Shown: positions 24,625 through 37,023, counted from the first letter of the stretch. The stretch: 63,864 nucleotides of DNA from Toensbergia leucococca (GCA_022813965.1 JALDZS010000057.1:62001-125864); one strand, 5' to 3'. Translations and numbers: made by a program. Notes: generated from the letters alone by a model not told the origin.

Positions 24625-26154
24625 ATGCCGCCTAAAAAAGTGGTCGAGGAGAAGAAACTCCTGCTTGGGAGACCTGGAAACAATCTCAAGAGTGGTATCG
24701 TATGTAGGACACCTCAATCACTCTTCTACTTTAGAAGCTGATCCACTGATCGAAACAGGTTGGTCTAGCAAATGTCGGGAAATCAACTCTCTTCCAAGCC
24801 ATCACCAAATGCTCTCTAGGTAATCCTGCGGTATGTCCAAAAACCGGATTCTTTTATGGAGACGTAGGGCTAATGCTATCTGTGCCAGAATTTTCCGTAT
24901 GCTACAATCGAGCCCGAAGAAGCTCGCGTTGTAGTCCCAGATGCAAGATATGACTGGCTATGTGATCATTACAAGCCGAAATCTAGAGTACCTGCCAACT
25001 TGACCGTCTATGATATTGCTGGCTTGACGAGGGGAGCCTCTACTGGAGCCGGCCTCGGTAATGCTTTCCTCTCACATATCCGGGCCGTCGATGCAATATT
25101 CCAGGTCGTTCGATGCTTCGATGATGCAGAGATCATACATGTGGAGGGTGATGTCGACCCGATACGTGATCTTGACATTATCAGCGAGGAGCTACGTATC
25201 AAAGACATCGAGTTCGTGGAAAAGGCACTAGAAAACTTGAAAAAGCAAACTCGGAGAGGAGGGCAAAGTTTGGAGATGAAGAAGCTGAAGGAAGAAGAGG
25301 CTACGGTTGAAAAGATTCTTGCGTGTTTGAATGACGGAAAAGACGTTAGGAAAGAAAGTTGGACTCCGAAAGAGGTAAGCAAAGTCTTTGTGATTAGCGG
25401 CATTGATCTAAATCTTCCTTCCCTTCTGCATGATGAACAAGAGCTACAAAGCTCGATATAATCCCAGCTCGTCGATCGGCTCGAATACTTAGTAGCGTAG
25501 AGACCGTCGTGAGATAAAGTCCAACTCTGATACCATTTCTTCCAACCATCTACTCAGTTATCATCTACAATCATGGACATGGAGCTGACTAGCTAGAATT
25601 AGATTGAGGTCATCAACCCGCTCTTTCTCCTAAGTGCCAAGCCGGTTGTTTATCTCGTCAACCTCAGTGAAAAAGACTACATCCGCCAAAAGAATAAACA
25701 CCTCCCGAAGATCGCCGAGTGGGTAAAACAGAACGCAACCGGCGATCCCATTATTCCACTCTCGATCTGTTTTGAAGAGCGACTCACCCGCTTTGAAACG
25801 GAGGCAGAGGCGCAAGAGGAGTGTAAAACGCTAGGCACCAGATCAGCGCTGCCGAAAGTGGTTGTCACGATGAGGCAAGCGCTGAATCTCGGGAGTTTCT
25901 TCACAACAGGCACGGATGAAGTGAGGCAGTGGACCATCAGGAAAGGCACCAAAGCCCCGCAGGCTGCGGGTGTTATCCATGGCGATTTCGAGAAGACATT
26001 CATTCAGTGCATTGTGTATAATTTCGATGTGTTGAAGGAGCTAGGGGATGAGGGGGCCATCAAGGGGGCGGGGAAGATCATGACCAAGGGGAAGGACTAT
26101 GTGGTTGAGGATGGGGATGTTATTCTTATCAAGGCAGGGGCGGCGAAGTCGTAG
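24625..26154 (+). CDS. OLA1: Obg-like ATPase 1 (YchF)
   Basis: MPPKK...LLGRPGNNLKSGI/VGLANVGKST, NFPYATIEP, DIAGLTRGASTGAGLGNAFLSHIR, TKAPQAAGVIHGDFEK, GKDYVVEDGD; introns ~24700-24759, ~24831-24888, 25375-25602. Confidence 0.97.
25426..25533 (+). ncRNA. Intronic box C/D snoRNA, snR69-like (predicted guide for LSU rRNA Cm2948, yeast numbering)
   Basis: C box ATGATGA 25430-25436, D box CTGA 25527-25530, guide (T)AATCCCAGCTC complementary to 25S GAGCTGGG(TTTA), followed by D'-like TCGA 25472-25475; the +5 rule points at the C of GAGC; lies in the unusually long OLA1 intron. Confidence 0.75.
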
Positions 26155-26522
26155 ATCGGGAAAAGCGGAAGGTGGAAGTAGCGTTGTAAGGACTTTTGAG
26201 TTGGGTGGCAATGCATTGAAATGGCATATCCTGTTGAATAAACAGCATGCACCTTTGAGGCACAGCAGTAGAATGCTGAAACACAGCCACTGGGCAGCGA
26301 TGCGTGCCGTGTGGCCTCGTTCAAGGCGCTTTGCTTCTTGCTTCTTACTGCCTTCAATACCATACCGTTGTTGTTGGGATTTTTAGTGAGAATCATCAAA
26401 GGAATTCAATGTATGTATGACCCTTTTTGACACTGAGATACTTTCGGAATTACGTGCGAGTCATGGCAGGTGTGTATTATATTCTAAATATTCCGCCTAG
26501 GATAGAATACCGAGTATTCTAA

Positions 26523-29500
26523 ATGATGCAAATTACAGGAAACCGGCCACAACCCACTATCAAAGACGCCTGGACTCTTGCAAAAGAACAATACCTTCAT
26601 GATCCCGATCTCTCTCCAGATGAACGAGTCATTCTTGAGTCATGTTCACCCAAAGATGTTTCCCAAGAGCTCCGACTCTTGGACGAACAGCATGCCAAGG
26701 CCAGCAAAGCACGTCGTTCCCTTTCGCGCTTGCAGCCACTTCTCACCGGACTGGGGAGATTTGGCTCTGCTATGGATGTCTTTTCTAACGCTGATCCTCA
26801 TGGCATTTTATCGCTGGTGTGGGGTAGTATACGCGTGATATTGATTGTGCGTAGACTGAATCGATGCATAATTCTGCTCTACTAATTTGATGTAGGTTGC
26901 CAAGGACTTCAACAGCTATTTTGATGACTTGGTTGAGTTTTTGTCCAGAATTGGAGTCACACTTGGTCGCCTGCAGAGATTTGAAAATCTTACGCCAGAT
27001 TCGACGAGGGTAAGTGATGCACTGTGTAAAGTCTTTATTGAATACTTGGATTTCGCTCGTCAGACTCGACTTTTGTTCAAGCGTCAGGAGAATAGATCTC
27101 GGAACCCTTTGAAAAGCATCAGCTCAAAGGTTCTAAGGGCTTCAATATGGGGTACGTTCAAGGAAGATACAAACGTTAAGATAGCTAAGATCAAGGACCT
27201 CTGTGATGAAACCGAGCGTGAGGCATATCTAGCAGCTACCGAAGGCCAAGTCGGGCATGCGCGACAGACCTCGGATTTTATTCAAAGACAACATGTCAAG
27301 GAATCCAATTCTGAGGAGAAGGAGAGGCAGGAAAAGTTGAAGGCAGAGCTGATAGAGAGGAAAGCACTGTTGAGAGACTATGGGCAGTGGTTAGCGCCTG
27401 TCCCGACCGTTGACGACTTCGAGAGAGTCAAGAAAACCCAGCTTGAGGGGTCCTGCAGCTGGATCGATGACAACGCGCAGATCTCCCATTGGCTTAATGC
27501 AAGCCTGTCAGACAATCAGCTCAAGTTTCTCTGGATTTCTGGAATTCCTGGAAGCGGGAAAACCTTTTTGTCTGCCCACATCGTTGAACGCTTGCAGAGG
27601 TCACAACAAGTCGCTTACTTTTTTTGTGACACAAAGGATCAGAGTAAGCGTACGATGCTTAGTGTCCTTCGAACATGGATATGGCAGCTTCTCATTTTGC
27701 GGCCAGACCTGGAAGACAATCTTACCGATCCTTATTGGAAGGGCGAAGCCTCAAGCAAATCAAATCTCTCCCGTGTTCTGATAGACCATTTGGAAAAGAC
27801 CGATTCTTGCTGGATCATTCTCGATGGACTCGATGAGTGTTACATGGATGATCGAAAGGAACTCCTTGAGCTTTGTGGTCAAATATCTGGGCACTGCAAA
27901 ATCCTCATCGCCAGCCGGGACGAAGCTGATATCCGTCTTGGCATAAAAGAGGCAGTGGGGAGCGTTGGGTTTGCACATACGAGAATTACAGAGAAAGATA
28001 ACGAGAAAGATATCCACAGCTACCTTCGTAATAAAGTAAAATATCTGACTGTCGGCGACGACGATCTGAAGATCAGGATCACGAAAGAGCTATCTTCAGG
28101 CGCAGACGGAATGTTTCTTTGGGTACGACTGATGTTAGAGCACCTCAATCGTCAGCGGAGCATCGCTGGAATTGAAAAGGCTCTGACTCAGCTTCCAAAG
28201 GGCCTAGACGCTATCTACGGACGAATTCTAGACGATATAATCGAGGCTGACGATAATGTCGAAATAGCACATAGGATATTTCAGTGGATAATCTGCGCCA
28301 CTCGCCCTCTAACCCTAGCAGAATTGGATGTTGCTTTAGCCATGACTACAGGGGAAAACCATTTCAATGACAAGATGCGTATATGGGATCTCCGGAACGT
28401 CGTCTCACAAATATGTGGTACTCTCATCGGAATTGATGAAAGCAGCAACATCATAAGGCTCATCCACGCCTCGGTCAAGGATTTCCTGCTAAGCACTTCT
28501 TATGGGGGAAAGCCATTCGCATCTCTGTTGGTAAATACCGGGCTGGCTAATGACTATATCACCCGTATTTGTTTGACCTATCTTTGTTATGATACTAGGT
28601 CATACGTGGAAATCGACTCGGATGAGGTAAAAGCTGTTCAGAGGTTTGAGAAACATCTCAACGACAACAGGTTCTTAGAATATAGCGCTATAAATTGGTG
28701 CCAGCATTTGGTATCTCGATCTGATGTGTCTGATGATGCTTACATTAGGTTACTTTGTCGATTCGTCCACTCTGAGCCTAATGTTGTCAAATGGCTTCAA
28801 GTTTTCCATTATCTTCATACGGATAGACGGGTGGGTGCTAACGCTACCAGTGACCTTGTTACTACTCTGATATCCAATAAAAGCTCAACAACTAGTGGTC
28901 TCCACTATATACTCCCTACGTTCAAGTCCTCCTGGTCTGGAACAGATTTTCAATCGATAGTTTCTCACATCGGCTGGGTTAGCGGAGGCCGGTTCTCAAG
29001 GTGGCAGCGGCTTTTGGTCGGTGTAGACGTCCCTCGATGCTTCTCGCCCATCATTATGGCTGGGCATTTTGACTTTGTAAATCTAGTCAAAGAGATGGTT
29101 CAGAACGGGGCTTCGGTTGATAGCCGTAGCCTGAAAGGCGGAACCACTCTGTTCTTTGCTGCACGTACTGAAGCCACTGATACTGTCAAGTATTTGTTGG
29201 ACTCTGGGGCTGATCTCCATGATCAATCACATGCATATGGCTCTACAGCCCTTGCCATGGCCCTTTACATGGAAGGAGATCTCCAAACCTCGCCTGGAAG
29301 CTATAGTTTGGTACGAACGTTATTGCAAGCAGGTGCCAATCCAAATATACTGACTGCGGGCCATGATTCTCCGCTTCATGATCTGATCCGAAATAGGAAT
29401 GATTCCGAGGTTGATGTGTCAGTTGCCAAAGACCTCCTCGCTCATGGGGCAGATATAAGAATCTTGAATGGCGATGGGGCAACAGCTATACTTGACGCGG

Positions 29501-30666
29501 CCGCTTGTAATCTACCTAGGATGGTGCGTGTATTACTTGATCATGGGAGGCACTGTTACGGTGAGGATTCTCTACGTGCTATCTTGGAGATGCCAAACCG
29601 GGGACAAAGGACAGCATTACACGCTGCATGTGCGATCAAGAACTCATTGGTGGTAGAAAGTTTATGTGATGCAGGCGCTAACGTAAACAAAAGAGAAGGG
29701 CTGAATTATATGACACCACTTCATCTCGCCATTCAGGGAGCTTTGTCTGCAGTTCCCGTCTTGCTTCGCCACGGCGCAGATGTGAACGCGCGAGATGTCA
29801 GCGGCAACCTACCACTCCATTTCGCAGCCAGGAGGGACCTAGGGGACCTCATTCGGTTGATTCTAGATCGAGGAAGTGAGATCAATACTAAGAACTCCAG
29901 TGGATCAACACCACTAGATATAGCACTCGTCAACTATAGTACCAATGCCTGCAAAGTTCTGATCAAGGCAGGAGCAATTTCTAGCAAGGGCTCAGATATT
30001 GGAGCACTTGCTGAGAGATCTTCTCTCGGTCCTCAAAAATCAAATCGCGATGTACGACGCGGATCAGCTACTCCAGAAAGAAATCCCGCGACTCTTCATG
30101 ACATTTTCCACGCCTTCTTTATTTTACAGCATTGCTCTCCTCGTATACTTCCCACCTCTATCGTATCACGAGTTTTGCACTTGGCAGAATATTGGCTCGA
30201 ACACTCCTATCAACGACAAGATCACATTCGCGTCGTCCAGCACGACACTTCCCTCGAATATCTAAGTACCGCCCCAATCCAAGGTCGATGCAACAAAGTG
30301 CAGAAGATCATCTTCACTACATTCAGCAACGACCAAGGTTTTAGTAGCTACCCAGATTACCACGGCACATACACCATGAGCTGGACCTGGTTCGAAGCTC
30401 GGCGATCGCGAGCTACCGACGAGCAAGACGCGCCCGGCTTGGAAATCAGTCGGAACATCCACGCTAGTTCACGGACGAAAACCCATACCGCGGAATGGAT
30501 TCGGGGCGATGATGAGGATACGGTTGAAGATGAGCGTCGGACCTTGGTCCGGAGTTTGGAGGCTGGGGATGTGGTTCAGGTTGTTCCGAGGGCGCTGTTC
30601 CCAGGCTGGGTCAATCACGTTCATGGTGTGCAAATCAGGATCTTTACTACTCCGGTTGCTGGCTGA
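26523..30666 (+). CDS. NLR-like protein: helical N-terminal domain, NACHT, ankyrin repeats, extra C-terminal domain
   Basis: Intron ~26847-26896; Walker A GIPGSGKT, VAYFFCD, Walker B IILDGLDEC, ADGMFLWV, RPLTLAEL, RLIHASVKDFL; about nine ankyrin repeats. Confidence 0.92.
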
Positions 30667-30780
30667 CGACCCTTTCTGAGGTGGTAATGGGTAATGAGTA
30701 ATAAGCAGGTAGGTGGTGGATTTGAACGGCTGTCTATAAGATCTATGCTCAATTTCCTGATGTATGTACGCGGGACTCTT

Positions 30781-32170
30781 TTGCAAAATAATTCAGGCAG
30801 ATGATTAAAACAAAGTCTTGACTATTAAAGTTGAATTCTGATAACTTCTTGTGTTTTATGATTCATTCTTTCTAACTACAGAAGATTCATCAAGTGTGAT
30901 TCAATTTACTTTTTTACTTTTGTTCTTTGAGATACAGAGACAGAACTGCTGTATTTATCTGATATTTGTAAGATAATCACTAAATTGTATGAGCTTCTGA
31001 TTCATATTAAGAGTTATTAATTTTACACCTTATTTTGATACATCTACACCTTCCTTAACATAGTGTCTGAGCGCAAGATCACTGAGAGAAAATTCATGAC
31101 TTCATATCACACTTAGTGTGTGCAAAATCATAGAGGCAAACTTAATTTTTACAAATTTTTTTTTCTCTCTCTAGATGTTTTTTGAAATAATAGTGAATAG
31201 AGCTTAAATCAAAAATCTAATTCAGACATATTATAGAGCTTTATCATGTGATTCTATGACAGCAGAGTTTAGTCAAACACTACTAACAGTCATAAAGATA
31301 TTCTCAATAAAGATTTCATGAGATTAATGAGATCATAAACAGATATAAACATTAAGATTGATTCATTAGCTTATGACTTTAATATCTTTATAAACACACA
31401 AGATGTTATGAATAATCCTTTATCAGACACTGTAATGCATTGCTGAATTAGGTTAGTGACTTGCTTAGACTCACTGTTACAGTGCTTTCTTATTAGGGCT
31501 AGGGTGAGTAGTAGGGAGGTTAGATGAGTCAGCAACTCTAAGTGACTTGACATCATCACAGTATATCTAGTGACATTGTGACTAGATACCAACTGATCTT
31601 TTAATTACACTCAGAATTTAGAATCTCAAAAGAGACCCTTACACTCACACACACATAGATAGTAAGATTTCATTCTCATAGCTTGAATTCTCAACTTATC
31701 ATCATACTAAATATCAGAGATATCAACCTTATAGTGAAATATCTCTAACATAAGAGCTTTGACTAATTTTTACAGTAATAGAATCACCTAATAAAACTCT
31801 ACAATATGTCTGAACTAGATTTTTGACTTAAGCTCTATTCACTATCATTTTAAAAAACATCTAAAGAGGAAAAAAAGAAAATTGTGAAAATCTAATTTAT
31901 CTCTTGAATTTTGCAAAAACTAAATGCTATTGAAGCATGATTTTTTTTTCTTTTAAGTGATTTAACTTTTTGATAATGTGAATAGAATGAGTACATAACA
32001 TGTGAAATAAGTAAATGATTAAGTGACAAATATGATACAAAATGATAATAAAAAGCTCAAACTTAAAAAAAAAGATTAAGAACAACAAATTTATTAAATT
32101 GACAGATCTTTTTCTGTAAAAACAAAGCATAAATTGATTTTTCATCAAACCTTATAATACAGAGGGAGGG
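30781..32170. mobile_element. AT-rich, heavily mutated transposon relic with internal long inverted repeat
   Basis: ~31140-31310 is the reverse complement of ~31735-31895 (TAGATGTTTTTT.AAAT.ATAGTGAATAGAGCTTAA.TCAAAAATCTA.TTCAGACATATT.TAGAG); almost CpG-free; short similarities to the 1304-2470 element. Confidence 0.7.
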
Positions 32171-32411
32171 TATAACATAACTGAGATGATTAATGATTGC
32201 CTCATAAAAGACAAAGCACATCTCTCTTCTCTACAAGAATTCTGTTCATCACATATTTCATCTCAAAGAAATTCACCATGAACAAAACCCCCTTTCATCC
32301 CTTCATCAACTCATTCACTCACTTCACATCAAGCTCCCATCATTCACCTGATATAAAACCACATCTCCCACGACCTCAGCCTCAAACCCAGCAGAACCCT
32401 CATCTCAAAGC

Positions 32412-33548
32412 ATGGCAGAAGACCCATACGCGCTAAGTCGCGGCCCCTCGGAGGGAATAAGGTCCTCTCCCTTACCTCCCCCCGCCCTCAATTCATCCCC
32501 AACTAACACGCGCCCTTACCGTACAGACTAGGTTTCCAGCACTACCTCTGGAAAGAAACAATGGGCTACAGCCTCCATCCCAGCATCCCATCCAAAGGCG
32601 AAAACCTAAAGATAGCAGACGTAGGCACCGGCACAAGGTAAACCTCATCCCTCACCACGCTCAAACCCCACAAAAGCTAACAACAAGATCGGGGAAAGCG
32701 TCTGGCTTCTGGACATCGCCAAGAACCTCCCTCGGTCAACGCAGCTAGACAGCTTCGACATCTCGCCGGCTCAGTATCCAGAAAAGACCTGGCTGCCCGC
32801 AAACGTAACCTTGCACACGCTGGACGCGCTGAGCGAACCCCCTCTACAGTTTCGGCACAACTACGATATAGTGCATCTGCGCCTTTTTATCGGTGCGGTC
32901 AGTAGCAATAACCCGATGCCATTGCTGAGGAATTTAATGAAGCTGCTAAGTGCGTGTTATATTCGAAGAGGCATTCCATGCTGCACACCTTGAGACTTTG
33001 ATTGACCTTTTTTTTGGGGGGTATTTCTTAGAGCCAGGTGGGTATCTTCAGTGGGATGAGTATGATGTTCTTGCGCGGAAGATTGTAAGCGTGAATGAGG
33101 CATGTCCGAGGGCGAATCTGGAGATATTGCTGGAGAGATGGACTGCTGGAGATCGTTTCAAGTGAGTCTACACTTTCCACGAAGACGATAAAAAGCGGTG
33201 CTCCAGTTCGTGGGTCCGCGATTAATATAGTGCGGCCGCAGATGGATAGCTCACCTGGCTAAAAGGTTCAGATCGCAAGGACTGGGAAACGTGGTCGAGG
33301 ACCGCCGTCGTAACCACTCATGGCATACCAATATGTTTATGAATATGGAGTTTGCAATCCAAAAAGACTACGCGAATGGCTTTTTGGACAAGAAGGGCCC
33401 GCCTGGGAGTGGGGATACGCTTAGGCAGCTTAAGAAAGAGGTGGGCTTGGAGACGGACCAAGGCTCATGCTTCGATAGCGTGCTTCAGGTTGTGGTGGGG
33501 AGGATAGAGGGCGGAGATAGTGGCTTGAATGGGGATGGTGGTCGTTAG
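32412..33548 (+). CDS. SAM-dependent methyltransferase (LaeA-like class I)
   Basis: RLGFQHYLW...LHPSIP...KIADVGTGT/SVWLLD...DSFDISPAQYP...YDIVHLRL...LL/KPGGYLQWDE; four introns. Confidence 0.85.
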
Positions 33549-33603
33549 AAGAGTTATCGATTCTTAAAGAGATGGCGATTCTTAGAAGGCTTGTATTTGG
33601 TGG

Positions 33604-34492
33604 CTAGAGGGTTTTTGGTGTTAAAAAGCTGGCTAGAGACTGGACCAGAGGACGTGTTGATGGATAGAGACCTTCTTTCTGGGGCTTTTCTTCTTTCAAG
33701 AGGTTTTTCAGGTCAAGCGGTGTCATCTGACAGCTCTCGTCCTTGATCTCAACCTTTGCTCCGTGCTTCAACCGCACTTCCACAGCGTGTACCATGTCGA
33801 ATATGGACAAACTTTTCCGTCTTCAAATCATCTAGCGCTTTTGGGAGGTTAGGTAATTATTTAACAAGCTGCGTCACTAAAGAGCGCAGTAGACTCTCGA
33901 CTGAGCTATCCATCTTGTCACTAAAGTCAAAATAATAATACAATACAGCGGAAGTGTGTTGCTGAGGCGTTTGGTGCGTCACATCTTCGATTATAATAGA
34001 ACTTGGGAAGTATGCTTTAGTAAGTGTTTATATGGTGCCAAGAACACCTACCACAAAACCGTTTTGCCACAGCCAGCTGGATGAGCAATTAGTATTCGCA
34101 AGAGCAATCCTTGGCAATAGCAGTAACATACAAATCCCATGTAGCCAGAAGGATGAATTGGCGTCTGTCTCCATTCGTCGATCGGCTTCTCAATTTTCGT
34201 TTGGAGCATCTCAAGGTCTTGTTGGCATATCTCTAGAGGCCGGTTGGTAGACATGATATCGGTTAGTGTAGAGAGGTACTCATGGCTAGACATGTTCTCA
34301 TGGTCAACAAGTGCAACAAGACGCTCGACAATATCTCGCAAGCTCGTCAGCTCGTCAGCTCAGTGGTCAGGCTCAAGAGATCCTTGCAAGCATTCTTTAC
34401 ACCCTTGCGGTACTGTAGCAGCCTGAGATGACGGAGCCGCTAATCTGTATTACTGCAACGAGACTGGCGATCAGACTCAACGGTTCAGCCAT
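33604..34492 (-). pseudogene. Collapsed NLR pseudogene (HeLo-like N-terminus, NACHT and ankyrin fragments)
   Basis: MAEPLSLIASLVAVIQISGSVI then frameshift, YRKGVKNA..., 8-bp duplication GAGCTGAC, AGCGKTVL P-loop, VLYYYFDFSD...LLRSLVTQL, LKHGAKVEIKD...TPL. Confidence 0.75.
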
Positions 34493-35088
34493 TGTCATTC
34501 ACTCTGTTATTCGTATAATGGACCATGAGCAATGAGAAGACAATGTTAATGAGATACAGGTAATTCATGAATGTTCAAGTGAGTAACAGACTATCTCTGA
34601 TCAGTAATCAGGAATTCAAGAGTGAAGAGCTTGAATTTGCATGTCAGAGTTAGAAAACGTGGCTGATGCACAACCTACACGCCATCATCGATGAAAGAGG
34701 ATATTTTGAACAATAATTAATGGAAATATAGGGAAAATAAGGAATGGATCTCATGGTACGGATGATCATAAGGAGAGAAGGGAGAAGAGGGGGAGAATTT
34801 TTGATTGACACAAGCTGCTCCCACGCCAACGCTGCGCCTCAACCTCGAACTAAGGTATTTAATCTATCCTAGCGCCGGTACCACCATACGGATAGAATAC
34901 CTTACTCCGCACAGAGGCATGAAACACCGTTTCTTCCAAGTACTCCGTACCGTTTCCGACAATCCAAAAGCAGCTGCCTAGCATTGCCCCAAACAAGCCC
35001 CGCAACGAACAACAATGACCTCCACTCTTCCTCCCCCCTCCCTCTACCTCAACCACCCCTCATTCTCTCTGACCAATCACCACTCACC

Positions 35089-35872
35089 ATGCCCCGTCTC
35101 TCCGAAAGCCACGACGCTCTCCTCCAGACCGGAGAGAACGTCCACAGCCACGCCAAACGCGCCTGGGACGGATTCTCCGACTTCGCTCTTCGCGACAACG
35201 TCCTCGAAGTAGCCGTCGGTCTAATGTAAGAAACTTCCCCCCCAAAACCATCTGTCGAACCCCACTTTCGTTGGGCACCATCGATCCTGAAATGCAATAC
35301 ATACTAAACAAAAGCCCCTACCTACCTACAGACTCGCAGCAGCCTTCACCAAAGTCGTATCCTCCTTCATCTCAGACATCCTCCTCCCACCCGTCTCCCT
35401 GCTCCCCTTCATCAACAGGAACCTCGATGAGAAATTCGCGGTGCTGAGGCATGGATCGAGCTATCGCAGAATTCATGGGTACAATACGCTGAAGCAGGCG
35501 CTTGACGATGGCGCCGTGGTGATGGCCTATGGGTGTGTGTGACCATCTTTCTTCAACCGCAGCAGGTGGTGATTGAGAGATAAGTACCTAGCAGTAATGG
35601 CTAACAAGTGGGGGCCTGGCAGCGCGTTCCTGAGCAAAGTGTTCAATTTCATCGGCATCGCTATCGCGCTCTTTGTCATAGCTCGTGTGTACGGATGGGC
35701 GTCCAATGACTCGGTCATCAAGCACACCGTCAAATGCAAGTACTGCAAGAAGAGAATCAGCGAGAAAGTGAGTAATTTGCGGGTGATGATCCGAAGGGAT
35801 TCATGCTGACGGTCTGTGTAGGCGCAGCGCTGTGTAAATTGTACAAGCTGGCAGGACGGGAGAGAGAATTGA
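35089..35872 (+). CDS. mscL: Fungal large-conductance mechanosensitive channel (MscL family) with C-terminal CxxC pair
   Basis: WDGFSDFALRDNVLEVAVGL/ILAAAFTKVVSSFISDILLPP...MAYG/AFLSKVFNFI...KCKYC..ISEK/AQRCVNCTS; three GT-AG introns. Confidence 0.9.
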
Positions 35873-35950
35873 ATTCAAGAGTTTGATTTACCGTATTATC
35901 TGGCGTATAAGACCCCACCATTATAGGGGGGGAGTGTTTCTTGACCAATT

Positions 35951-37023
35951 AGAACCCTCCCTTATAGGTCAGTAGGACTTTATAAGTAGGTCATATCATT
36001 GAATTGTGAGAAAAACTATGAGAAAGATTTTGAAAGTCAATGCATTTTAGTTCCCCTCAGTCACTCATTCTCATATATTCATCAGAGAGAGTGCTTGTCA
36101 CATCTCTGAGTGCATTAAGACTGTATTATGTACAGAGTTGATGCATGAGTTTAAATCTCACTATGACAACAAGGTCAATAAGACTTAAGACATATCAGAT
36201 ACCTGCTGCTGCATATATAATATGACAGAAGTTTGTCTATCAAGTTAAGACAGTGAAGTAAAGAGAGTTAAAAGTGAACATTAAACACACTCATCTAACT
36301 GAATGTCAAACATAGCTGTGATGAAGAAGAATAAAAGTAAATATATAGATCTATAGATCTGTTAACTCAGCATTTGATAAGCTGTCTGATCAATCTTTAC
36401 AATTCATAGTGATGAGTGACTAATTGTTTCATCACAACAGCATGTTTAAAGAGAAGAATAGAGAAGAAGATACACAGCTGTGATGAGTGAGTTATATACT
36501 AAGGCAAAGAGAAGGATTTTTATTCAATTCAATTCTCAGAATGTGTTTCACCAAGGTATCTTTATGTCTAAAACAATTATCAAGTTCTGATTTTTTTTTT
36601 TTCACAAAGGTTTTTTTAAAACAGTAGATGTTCTTCTTCAGCTACTCACAGTATTGTGACAATAGAGAGGTGATCCTCAAGAATGACACATGTGTACTAG
36701 ACTTCTAAGAGGCCCTTTCAGAGATCTCAACTGTCTACATTACTCATCAGTAGATGTGACAGTGTAATAAATGAGATACACACACACACACATTCTTATA
36801 TACTCATCTCAACAGCTCTCCCTTCTAACTCATCATTTAATGCTCAAAGACTAATCACAGACCTCACAGACAGTAACACAAAGGTGAAAAGAAGGGGAAA
36901 AATATCTTCATTCACCTCATTTTCCCCTATCACTACCTTACAAACCAAAAGTCACACCGTCCTAAAATCACAATTCAGAACCCTCCCTTATAGGCCAGTC
37001 ATGCCTTAAAAGTAGAGCATATC
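35951..37023. mobile_element. CpG-free AT-rich relic bounded by ~47-bp direct repeats
   Basis: AGAACCCTCCCTTATAGG.CAGT...AAGTAG..CATATC at 35951-35997 and 36977-37023; no ORF; no CpG seen between ~35910 and 36957. Confidence 0.55.
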
